Positions 20,655-29,195 of a stretch of 64,000 nt of DNA are shown piece after piece. How positions within the stretch are numbered: the first letter of the stretch is position 1; every line of letters begins with the position of its first letter. This stretch comes from a virus (taxonomy: Duplodnaviria > Heunggongvirae > Uroviricota > Caudoviricetes). The notes under the pieces were generated by a model that saw nothing but the letters and a program-made list of their open reading frames with translations, ran no database searches and was not told the origin of the DNA. The position numbers were made by a program, and so were the translations under genes. The stretch lies in the IMG/VR virus record IMGVR_UViG_2718218172_000010; one strand, 5' to 3'.

Positions 20655-21432
20655 GGTTCTGACGGATGCCGTTAACTACTACGTAAATCACGGGTGGGAT
20701 AGCGAAAAATCATTGCTCGAATGGTGCCGGAAACTCCGTGTAGCCGCTCAGCGAGAAACCCCTGATGATACCGTAGCCAGAAAACACCTCACCGCTATCT
20801 ACAGCCGTCTTGTCATCGACGGCGGGGCATTACGGGATCAGCCTCCTGACGGCCCTAAAAAAATCACTGTTGAAAAACTGAAACCTGAGTTTCGCAAGGA
20901 ACTAGACAGGCGAATTTTCGCCAGTGCCAACCTGATAAAACTCAACCGCGAACAGGCTATCGAGAAAACCATACAGCGTTTTCAGGGATGGGTTACGTCC
21001 ATTCCGCCTGACGGGGTGAGCGAAATTGATCGCCGGGAAGTGAAGTCCGGTTTTCAGAAGTCCGTGAAGGATATGGATTTTATCAGTCGCCGGGTGGCAA
21101 TTGACCAGGGACATAAGCTGGCGAGCAACGTTAAGTATCTGCTGGCTGTTCAGAGTGGTGCGATTGCTCTGCGCTGGCATTCTAACTGGCGGCGTCCGGG
21201 CTACAAATACCGACAGGACCACAAAGAGCGCGACGAGAAAATTTATCTCCTCCGCGATTCGTGGGCGCTGGAGCAGGGGCTTATTAAGCCCGTATATGGT
21301 TTTTATGACGAAATCACTGCTGCCGGGGAGGAGGTTTATTGCAGTTGCGATGCTCTGCCGATCTACGCCCCTCAGAAACTACCCGACGAATTTTTAACGG
21401 AGAAGGGCAAACGTGAGTTTAACCGAGCTTGA
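20599..21432 (+). CDS. head morphogenesis / minor head protein (positional)
   Basis: ATG at 20599 with AGGAG SD; overlaps portal 3' end by 56 nt. Confidence 0.4.
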   Translation: MAISSRAVREKKRIRTLYEVLTDAVNYYVNHGWDSEKSLLEWCRKLRVAAQRETPDDTVARKHLTAIYSRLVIDGGALRDQPPDGPKKITVEKLKPEFRKELDRRIFASANLIKLNREQAIEKTIQRFQGWVTSIPPDGVSEIDRREVKSGFQKSVKDMDFISRRVAIDQGHKLASNVKYLLAVQSGAIALRWHSNWRRPGYKYRQDHKERDEKIYLLRDSWALEQGLIKPVYGFYDEITAAGEEVYCSCDALPIYAPQKLPDEFLTEKGKREFNRA

Positions 21433-22735
21433 AGTGGCAGAACGCATCAGGGACGGAACCGTACCGTCTCCGGTGAAATTCTCCAACATGTGGTTGGTGA
21501 ATTTGCGCATAACCGGAACCGGGCTTGCCTATCGCGCCGGGCTGAAAGAGCACGTCTGGCGTGATCCAAAGCTCTATCTGAACGAGGAGTTTTTAAGGCG
21601 ATGCAATGGCCTTCCGGTTATCACAAACCATCCTGACGACGCAGTTCTGACGGAGGAGGATTTTAAATCGCGGATCGTCGGTAGCGTCATGTTGCCGTAT
21701 ATCCGGGGTGATGAGGTATGGGCGGTGTGCCGCGTTTACCTCCAGAGCATTGTTGAAGAAATCACTGAGGGGGATGTTTCGACAAGTCCGTCGGTGGTGT
21801 TCAACAGCACATCAGGAAATGTGGAAGTACAGGAAGGTGACACCAATTTTTTAATCGAGGGCGTTCCTTTCCTGGTTGATCACATCGCCCTGGTGACGAA
21901 AGCCCACGGCTCGCTGGGCGTGTGGGATAAAGACCGGATCCCCGCAGGGGTTGAAGTGACAAACACAGGTGAAATCGAGATGGAAAAAGAAGAACTCCAG
22001 GCCCTGTTACAGGGGGTTGTGAGCGATGCCCTGCAAGGCATTAATCAGAAAATCGATGGTGTCGTTACGCGCATGGACTCACTGGAACAGCGGGACAAAG
22101 CGCGGGCGGATGCCGAAGAGCAGGCGAAAAAAGAGACCGAAGAAAAGGCCAAAGCCGATGAAGCCGCAGAGGAACAGCGTAAAGCTGATGAAGCTGCGGC
22201 AAAGGAGGCGGAAGAAAAAGCCAAAGCTGATGAGGCGGCAGCTAAAGACGCTGAGGAGAAAGCAAAGGCTGATTCCGAAGCAGAAGAACAGCGTAAGGCC
22301 GACGAGGAGGCAGAAAAAGAACGCAATGATTCTGCCCTGGCAGAAGCGCAGGCAAAAGCCGACTCCGCATTCAGTGCCTGCGGTAAAAACGCGCCAGCAC
22401 CGTTTTCTGGTGAAAATGCGCTGGACTACCGCAAGCGTGCGCTTATCGCTATGCAGAAACACTCTCCGGCACATAAGGACGTCAATATTCGCGCGATTGC
22501 GGATTCTGCAACGCTGGCTGTGCTTGAAGACGCAATTTTCAGTGCCGCCCGTCAGTCCATCGAAAAAGAAATGATGAGTACGCAGGGGCAACTGCATAAA
22601 CGCATCCGCAACGACGAAGCCGGGCGTCGCATTACTGAATATCAGGGCGATCCGAACGTCTGGCTGAGTGCCTTCAAAATTCCGGGGCGTCGTCTGGCAA
22701 AAATTAACACTCAAGGGAGCCTGAACAATGGCTGA
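21413..22735 (+). CDS. scaffold / prohead-protease-like protein with internal Ala/Glu/Lys repeat
   Basis: GTG start; 440 aa; tandem AKADEAAAKEAEEKAKADEAA repeats. Confidence 0.45.
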   Translation: MSLTELEVAERIRDGTVPSPVKFSNMWLVNLRITGTGLAYRAGLKEHVWRDPKLYLNEEFLRRCNGLPVITNHPDDAVLTEEDFKSRIVGSVMLPYIRGDEVWAVCRVYLQSIVEEITEGDVSTSPSVVFNSTSGNVEVQEGDTNFLIEGVPFLVDHIALVTKAHGSLGVWDKDRIPAGVEVTNTGEIEMEKEELQALLQGVVSDALQGINQKIDGVVTRMDSLEQRDKARADAEEQAKKETEEKAKADEAAEEQRKADEAAAKEAEEKAKADEAAAKDAEEKAKADSEAEEQRKADEEAEKERNDSALAEAQAKADSAFSACGKNAPAPFSGENALDYRKRALIAMQKHSPAHKDVNIRAIADSATLAVLEDAIFSAARQSIEKEMMSTQGQLHKRIRNDEAGRRITEYQGDPNVWLSAFKIPGRRLAKINTQGSLNNG

Positions 22736-23345
22736 TATTAACTTTCATCCGTTTAAAAACCGTGGGGCATTTGGTGGCCTTTTTAACGTCGAATCCCGTG
22801 GGCTGATGCAGGGGGATGCGCAGGATGATCCGGCAATTCGTCTGCAACTTTGCTCCGGACGACTGGACAGCAAAATCACTGAACCGGTATGGGGTGGTGT
22901 CGGTGTTATCGAGTGCATCGCTCCCGCGAAAGACAGCGTTAACGGGGCGGTTATCAAGCAGGCCACGACGGACGCCTGTAACGCATTTACAGTCTTTAAT
23001 CAGGCATTTCATGGCATTACCACGCCGGATAATCCGGTGCCGTTATATCTCGCGGGTGGCTTTGTTCACTATTACCGCGTTGGCTCAGGCGCCCGCATTC
23101 CTCTCCCGGTCAGTGCAGAAGTTGTTGCGTTGGCTGATGGCAATAACACCGTTGCTGCCAGTGGTTTTGTGTGGGATCTGACGAAAAACGTGGTTGATGT
23201 TTATTCGGGAACGCCCGGAGCTAACCCGAAAGTGGACATTAAGTTGCTGATGGTTTCAGTTGACGGAAACCTGACGGTGAAAAAAGAGGACGGCGGTAAC
23301 GTTGTCTGGGAAATCGGTAAGCCGTGCGGCCTGTTTTTAATTTAA
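22728..23345 (+). CDS. head structural protein
   Basis: 205 aa between scaffold-like and capsid genes; AAGGGAG SD. Confidence 0.4.
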   Translation: MADINFHPFKNRGAFGGLFNVESRGLMQGDAQDDPAIRLQLCSGRLDSKITEPVWGGVGVIECIAPAKDSVNGAVIKQATTDACNAFTVFNQAFHGITTPDNPVPLYLAGGFVHYYRVGSGARIPLPVSAEVVALADGNNTVAASGFVWDLTKNVVDVYSGTPGANPKVDIKLLMVSVDGNLTVKKEDGGNVVWEIGKPCGLFLI

Positions 23346-23359
23346 GGGGATATTAATTA

Positions 23360-24388
23360 ATGAGCGCATTTACTCCTGCGACTACTATTGTGTCGCCGTC
23401 AATGGTGCTGCCGGAAATGATCGTGCAACAGAGCATGGCTTCCGGTGCGTTTGAAGTCCTGGCTGGCGGTGCTCCAGCGGTAAAAATCAGTTCCAGTGAT
23501 TTGATGGTCTATCAGAAATATCTGCGCATGACCTCGCAGGCGCAGGTCAGCCAGTCTCTGCCGGGTCAGTTACCGTCTTCCAGTATCTCTGGCGGCTATG
23601 ACGGAATGATGACTTACCGAATTTCTTCCCGCTCGCAATACAGCTATCTCGACACTGATGCAGCAGATCGCTGGGGCTATTCTCTGATTGAAGGCCTGCG
23701 CCTGGCTAACCGTCAGGGACACGCTCAAATGTTGCGTAATATGCTGCTGTATGGCGTGAATGCAGCTAATAACGAGGGGATCACCAACTCACCTAACGCA
23801 GTGACGTTGAATCTGGGCAACGACAGCAAAGGCAATGATTCTTACACCACCTGGGATTCCGGTGAGATGGCTAAATTTATGCTTGGCCTGATTGCTGACC
23901 AGAAAACCCGCATGTTGCTGCTGGGGCAGCCATTAACGACTGTTATTCTGAGCCCACAGCGATTCATGAAGGCGCTGGAGTGGACAGGAATTGTTGAGCT
24001 GACCAGTTACCAGCGTCCTGGTGGTGGTACCGGAACGGTGGGAACGATGGTTAAAGACGTCGCCGATAAGGCGACAGGCGACGACATCATTTTCTGCCAG
24101 GACGATACGCTGATCGGTAAAGGCGCTGGTGGTAATGACCTGATCATCGTTACGAACCCGACGATTGAGGTTCCGGAAGCGCGTCATACCATTAACACCA
24201 ATATTTTCTCCACGCTGGTTCCGAACCAGCAGGCCGTTAACGTGATGTTCTGCGACATGGCAGCGCCGACGGAAATCCCGTCCCCTATGCCGGATGGCGG
24301 CCTGACCACGTTGTATACCATGCGCGCGACGCCGGGCTGGAACTTCCGCCCGGAGGGGATCACCCTGTTGTCTGCCAAATACGCATAA
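23360..24388 (+). CDS. major capsid protein (positional)
   Basis: 342 aa, AAGGGGA SD, followed by a strong terminator. Confidence 0.55.
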   Translation: MSAFTPATTIVSPSMVLPEMIVQQSMASGAFEVLAGGAPAVKISSSDLMVYQKYLRMTSQAQVSQSLPGQLPSSSISGGYDGMMTYRISSRSQYSYLDTDAADRWGYSLIEGLRLANRQGHAQMLRNMLLYGVNAANNEGITNSPNAVTLNLGNDSKGNDSYTTWDSGEMAKFMLGLIADQKTRMLLLGQPLTTVILSPQRFMKALEWTGIVELTSYQRPGGGTGTVGTMVKDVADKATGDDIIFCQDDTLIGKGAGGNDLIIVTNPTIEVPEARHTINTNIFSTLVPNQQAVNVMFCDMAAPTEIPSPMPDGGLTTLYTMRATPGWNFRPEGITLLSAKYA

Positions 24389-24405
24389 ACGTTCAATCTG
24401 ATAAC

Positions 24406-24432
24406 GCGGGGAGCTAAATGCTCCCCTTTTTT
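24406..24432 (+). terminator. rho-independent terminator
   Basis: GGGGAGC...CTCCCC hairpin plus T-run. Confidence 0.5.
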
Positions 24433-24445
24433 GTGGGAAAAATTT

Positions 24446-24916
24446 ATGAAGCTCTACATCGCTAACTGCTCACGTCAGCCGCACACGTTCAACTACAAAC
24501 TCCCCGAAAAAACGCAGTCGTTCGGTGTGACAATTCCGTCCGGACGTCAGCATATGATCGAAAATCAGCCCGATATTATCGACCACATCATCCGACAGCA
24601 TGAGCCTTACGGATTCCAGCGTTGTGACAAGGTGGACAAGAATTTTTCCGGTATCTGCTATTCCATCGATAAACCTGTGAGCGTCGGTCGCATTGAGGAT
24701 TGCGCGGAGCAGAAAACGGAAAATCTGGAATCCATGTCAGAGGAAATTCTCGCGGCCAGCGCCGTATCGCTGAATAACGCAGTGGATCAGGCGGTGATTC
24801 AGAGCGGCGAAAAACCTCAACCGGGGGGTATTGAAATGGAAATTACCGGGGAAGCGGTTAACACCGAACAGGAAAATCCGCCCAGCACAAAGCGAAATAT
24901 TAAGGTTAAAAAATAA
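24446..24916 (+). CDS. hypothetical head/neck protein
   Basis: ATG at 24446; 156 aa. Confidence 0.4.
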   Translation: MKLYIANCSRQPHTFNYKLPEKTQSFGVTIPSGRQHMIENQPDIIDHIIRQHEPYGFQRCDKVDKNFSGICYSIDKPVSVGRIEDCAEQKTENLESMSEEILAASAVSLNNAVDQAVIQSGEKPQPGGIEMEITGEAVNTEQENPPSTKRNIKVKK

Positions 24917-25356
24917 TGACCCTGCGTCCGTCACTGGAGGGGTTTATTCGCTTTGTTCGTGACGACATGAAAGTACCGGTTCACGCTATTGCTGACGATG
25001 ATCCGACGCTGGAATGTTGCTTTCAGTCTGCGATGGAGCTAATCCCTCATGATCAGGGGCTGGAGCGTTTACCCATCATCTATGTGCGAACGGTTTATAA
25101 CGCTGCCGCCTCATTTCTCCTGAATTTCGCTCCCGGCTCGTGGTTTGCCGACCTGAGAAAAAAACTCAACCTTGGGAAACTGGCTACCGGGCTTGTCAGC
25201 GCGGCAGCAGACCAGGGGACATCGGGTTCGATCACCATCAGCGACGCGCTGAGTAATCTGTCTTTGCTGGATTTGCAGATGTTACAGGATCCGTATGGAC
25301 GACAGGTTGTTGCGGTGCTGATGCAGATGGGCACGGTATGGGGGTACACGCCATGA
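24916..25356 (+). CDS. hypothetical head-tail joining protein
   Basis: 146 aa, coupled to neighbours. Confidence 0.4.
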   Translation: MTLRPSLEGFIRFVRDDMKVPVHAIADDDPTLECCFQSAMELIPHDQGLERLPIIYVRTVYNAAASFLLNFAPGSWFADLRKKLNLGKLATGLVSAAADQGTSGSITISDALSNLSLLDLQMLQDPYGRQVVAVLMQMGTVWGYTP

Positions 25357-25793
25357 AACTTTGTTTTGGTGTTGTTGACCAGCCGTATGACTACGGTGAC
25401 GAACCGGGAAAAACCACGTTCGACGTGGCCTGTGACCTCGAGGAGCGATACGAAATTTTTACGCACTTCTGGGAAATGCATAAGGACGAGATTATCCAGG
25501 AGGCAGGTACTGAACTGGCGTACCAGTTGGTCAATCACTTCAAGTATAAGGCTCCGCTACCTGGCGAGCATTTTCTGGAAGGGACCGGGAAGATTTTCCA
25601 TATTTTTCTTGAAACTGAAGAAATGGCCGGGATGACGATTAACGGAAACCCTGTGCCAACTCAGGCCGCGCTACTGGGCGTTAACTCCAGGCTTAAGGAT
25701 AAATATACCGGAGAGCGGCGTCCGTCATTCATAGACGGCGGCCTGTTTAAGGGCAGCTTTATAGCGTGGATAGATAATAATGCCGAGTCTTGA
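25353..25793 (+). CDS. hypothetical tail completion protein
   Basis: ATG at 25353. Confidence 0.4.
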   Translation: MKLCFGVVDQPYDYGDEPGKTTFDVACDLEERYEIFTHFWEMHKDEIIQEAGTELAYQLVNHFKYKAPLPGEHFLEGTGKIFHIFLETEEMAGMTINGNPVPTQAALLGVNSRLKDKYTGERRPSFIDGGLFKGSFIAWIDNNAES

Positions 25794-26724
25794 GGAATTA
25801 GCCGAACAGCACAGTTCGCAGCTCTCGTCCGTTCTTAAATCCGCAGTTGAAACCATCTCGTCAGACCAGGAAATCACGTTCAGGCTCTATGTCCGGCAGG
25901 TTCTGCCGCTGGATGGCTTTGTCTATTGGGTTAATGCGGAAATCATCAGTTGCGATGAACTGTGTCGCCTGAATATTGAGTCACCAACTCGTCTGAAAAT
26001 CAAAGGCAGCCTGCATCGTCAGGTTATTGCGATTCAGGACGAGTCTGTCTCGAAGGATGTGAACAACATTATTTTCACGCCTGTTCAGCAGGTTGATGAT
26101 TTTAATGTGGAAAATCCCGACGTGATCTATCTCGGTGAGTACGGCGGCGTCCAGTTCGCTTTTTCTCGAATGGAGAGCCGCTATCAGCAGTCGGGTATTT
26201 TTCATTATCGCGGCATGGCGATTTTGCCAACCATGCGTTCCCAGATTATCGACTGCGAGGAGGATATCAGCGACGAGCAGATCATATCCAACAGCATCCC
26301 GATCTGGCTGCAAATGAAAGATGCCGCGACCGTGTATCCGTCTTACCTGGTACCGCAGAACCTTCGCCCTCCGTATATCGCGGTGGATGTTCGCAACAGT
26401 ATTCCTTTGCAGGTGGCTCCCGTTGTTTTCGGTGGTGAGCGATTCCAGCTCGTCCAGGATTCGGTTCGCCTGACGCTTTACGGATTCAGCAACAAAATGG
26501 CGCTGGATCTTATCGACTCGGTGGTGAACAGGGCGCTGGAGGAGGAAAAGTTTGGTGTAACCAATATTCCGGTGGTTCAGGACGCAAAGTCGGGACAGGT
26601 TGAAATCAACGCTCTGGCGAAGAAAAAAATTGTCGATTTTGACGTGAATTACTACCAGAGCACCACCCGGGAAATATCCCGGCAGTTGATTGAAAAAGTT
26701 ATTTGTAAATATGAGGTTAAATAA
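25780..26724 (+). CDS. hypothetical structural protein
   Basis: 314 aa. Confidence 0.4.
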   Translation: MPSLEELAEQHSSQLSSVLKSAVETISSDQEITFRLYVRQVLPLDGFVYWVNAEIISCDELCRLNIESPTRLKIKGSLHRQVIAIQDESVSKDVNNIIFTPVQQVDDFNVENPDVIYLGEYGGVQFAFSRMESRYQQSGIFHYRGMAILPTMRSQIIDCEEDISDEQIISNSIPIWLQMKDAATVYPSYLVPQNLRPPYIAVDVRNSIPLQVAPVVFGGERFQLVQDSVRLTLYGFSNKMALDLIDSVVNRALEEEKFGVTNIPVVQDAKSGQVEINALAKKKIVDFDVNYYQSTTREISRQLIEKVICKYEVK

Positions 26725-28061
26725 TGGGATTTAATATCGTCACGGTGAATGTGTCCCAGACCATCGGGGCCATACCCTCGAATCTGCAACAGATGGCTGC
26801 GATTCTCTCGTTTGGTTCCACGACTCATGAGCCGGGAAAGCCTGTATTACTCACCCGTAATCAGGATATTAACGATCTGGTTAAAAATCCGATTGCTGCG
26901 TTGTCGGCGGCTGCCGCAGGAAAATCTGCGGCAAACGTCACCGTTACGATGACGCTTCCGGAAGGGAGTAACATCCGACGCGAAAACAGTTCTGAGGTGA
27001 AAATTGTGGTGTCCGGGTGTTCGCCCGACGCGTGGAATGGCGAATATACTGCTACCGTCACGGATGAAAAAACACTGACCTGGACGATTGCTGATTCTCA
27101 GCTTTCCGGTTCGCCAGTGACACTGGGGCAGTTTTCCATTGTCGGCAGTGAAAATCTGGTGACGGCAGTAAACACGTTTTTTGCCCAGGGAAATTCAGTC
27201 GGGATTTACCTGCTGGAGCTGGGAGTACAGAAAGGCGGGGTCAGTAAGGAAATCGCTGCACTGAAAGCTTATATGGAAGATCCGCTCCTGCGTTTTTATG
27301 CGTATCTGGTGCCGCAGCCGTGGGATGGTGACGCAGAATTTATCAGTCTGGCAAAACTCCACACCGCCAACGAAGCGATGCAGTATTTCTTCGTGCTGAC
27401 GAAAACGCCGGACGACACGAATTACGTTTCGCCTTATGCCGGTATTAAGTCGGTTATTGTAACGGCGGATGATACGTACCCGGCGACAAACGCGGCAGCA
27501 GCCGTAATGTGGAACTATGTTTCCGCATCACCTTCAGAAATCAACAAGGTGCCGCCGATGGCATTTCGCTATCTGCAGGCGGTAAACGCCCACAAGGGCA
27601 AAAATTCCATTCTGGCCACGATGACAAAGCAGAATATTAACTACGTCGATACGGGTGCTGAGGGTGGAATTTCCAACACGATTCTGGTGAAAGGCGTTAC
27701 CAGTGACGGTAACGATATGACGTACTGGTATTCCGTAGACTGGGTGCAGATTAACGTCGATATGCAGCTCGCCAACACGGTGATCAACGGCAGCAATAAC
27801 CCAATTAACCCGCTTTACTACAACCAGGACGGAATCGACCGTCTACAGCAGGTCGCACAGGCGGTGTTCAATACGGGCGTATCTTACGGCCTTGTCAACG
27901 GCCAGCCTGTCGTCGATGCAGTGCCTTTCCGCCAGTATATCAACACTAATCCGAATGATTACGGTATCGGGCGTTATGCAGGCCTTTCGGCCTCCTATAC
28001 GCCGATGCGCGGATTTGTCGAAATCATTTTTAACATCAATGTGACAATGCAGCTTTCGTGA
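26724..28061 (+). CDS. tail sheath protein (positional)
   Basis: 445 aa directly upstream of tube-sized gene and chaperone/tape-measure pair. Confidence 0.5.
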   Translation: MGFNIVTVNVSQTIGAIPSNLQQMAAILSFGSTTHEPGKPVLLTRNQDINDLVKNPIAALSAAAAGKSAANVTVTMTLPEGSNIRRENSSEVKIVVSGCSPDAWNGEYTATVTDEKTLTWTIADSQLSGSPVTLGQFSIVGSENLVTAVNTFFAQGNSVGIYLLELGVQKGGVSKEIAALKAYMEDPLLRFYAYLVPQPWDGDAEFISLAKLHTANEAMQYFFVLTKTPDDTNYVSPYAGIKSVIVTADDTYPATNAAAAVMWNYVSASPSEINKVPPMAFRYLQAVNAHKGKNSILATMTKQNINYVDTGAEGGISNTILVKGVTSDGNDMTYWYSVDWVQINVDMQLANTVINGSNNPINPLYYNQDGIDRLQQVAQAVFNTGVSYGLVNGQPVVDAVPFRQYINTNPNDYGIGRYAGLSASYTPMRGFVEIIFNINVTMQLS

Positions 28062-28072
28062 GGGACTGAACC

Positions 28073-28516
28073 GTGCCTAATCCAATGATCCCCGTTGGCA
28101 CCCTTAACCGGGTTCGCGCCAGCGTTAAATTCACCTCTCATTCCGAACTGAATGTGTCCGCCTCATTTCTGGCAAAAGAAGGCGTCGAATTGTCCTTTCA
28201 GGGCAATATCACGGAGTTTTTACCCGCTATGACGGGAGCCGTGCAGTCGCCGCAGCCATACATGATTTTACAGGCGCGTGTTCATCTGTTGCGTAGCCAG
28301 GCGCTGGGAAAACAATTCAAGGCGCAATGGGAAAAGAATGCCACGATCGGCGACGCAAAAGTGTATAGCGACAGCACGGTATTCGGTGACTTCGATATCT
28401 ATAACACGGCGATCACCAACGTGCAGGATATGACCTTCGCCGGGGGCGAGCCGGGTGTGGCCATCACCATTACCGGTACGTATTACATCAACTCTGAAAT
28501 GTGGGATTTGGTATGA
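28073..28516 (+). CDS. tail tube protein (positional)
   Basis: GTG start with GAGGGA SD; 147 aa. Confidence 0.5.
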   Translation: MPNPMIPVGTLNRVRASVKFTSHSELNVSASFLAKEGVELSFQGNITEFLPAMTGAVQSPQPYMILQARVHLLRSQALGKQFKAQWEKNATIGDAKVYSDSTVFGDFDIYNTAITNVQDMTFAGGEPGVAITITGTYYINSEMWDLV

Positions 28517-29130
28517 AAATCGCGCGAAATTTAAACCTGATTATTCCTGTCCAGACCGAGAAAGGTAAAGCCTGGATTCACGCCACGCCGATCAGCAAAG
28601 AGGTGTTTAAAGAGCATTTCTTCATTCTGAGTAAAACTTTTTCTGCCATTTTCTCCGAAGGTCTTGGCGTCGTTGCCGGGCCGCGCGTTGCTTTTCTGAT
28701 GCTGGAGCGGATCTCGCGTGATTCCGGTATCTGGGACGATGATAAGGGAGTTCGTAATACGCTGGTGAACGAAATAATTCGCCTGGCAAACCTTGTTTAT
28801 CCGGTGGAGGGCAAAGGTTACGACACAATCCCTCTTGATATGGCGCTGGAGCGTGAAATCGTTGAGCTGGATGATGTTGCGGGTGAACTCGTTTTTTTTA
28901 CATGCGTCTCGTCGATAAACACACCGGAGCAGACGGAACAGATGATGCTGGTAGTCAGTGGAATGTGGAACAGTCGCACTTCATCCTTGAGTCTTACGGA
29001 CTGGATTGCTTCCTTGCCGACATTGAAGTCTGCCGCCAGTTCTGGCGCGACGGTGAACACATCATCAGCGACATCCTCGACTACTCAGCCGGAGCCGGAT
29101 TCAGAGACATCTGTGCAGATTCCGGTTTGA
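28513..29130 (+). CDS. tail assembly chaperone, upstream frame
   Basis: ORF immediately upstream of tape measure; contains the T8 slippery run. Confidence 0.5.
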   Translation: MKIARNLNLIIPVQTEKGKAWIHATPISKEVFKEHFFILSKTFSAIFSEGLGVVAGPRVAFLMLERISRDSGIWDDDKGVRNTLVNEIIRLANLVYPVEGKGYDTIPLDMALEREIVELDDVAGELVFFTCVSSINTPEQTEQMMLVVSGMWNSRTSSLSLTDWIASLPTLKSAASSGATVNTSSATSSTTQPEPDSETSVQIPV

Positions 29131-29195
29131 ATGTAAAAACAGCAGCTCAGTTTCGTGAGCTGCTCAAACTCAAAAATCCCGCAGGAGTATTGTGA
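28902..29195 (+). CDS. tail assembly chaperone -1 frame extension
   Basis: -1 frame opens at 28887 right after an in-frame TGA (28884-28886); T-run 28892-28899; ends at tape-measure start. Confidence 0.45.
   Translation: MRLVDKHTGADGTDDAGSQWNVEQSHFILESYGLDCFLADIEVCRQFWRDGEHIISDILDYSAGAGFRDICADSGLNVKTAAQFRELLKLKNPAGVL

Noticed and set aside
22026-22714. 182-aa plus and 211-aa minus ORFs in the scaffold gene
   Set aside because: Generated by the low-complexity repeat; out of frame or antisense to the structural gene.
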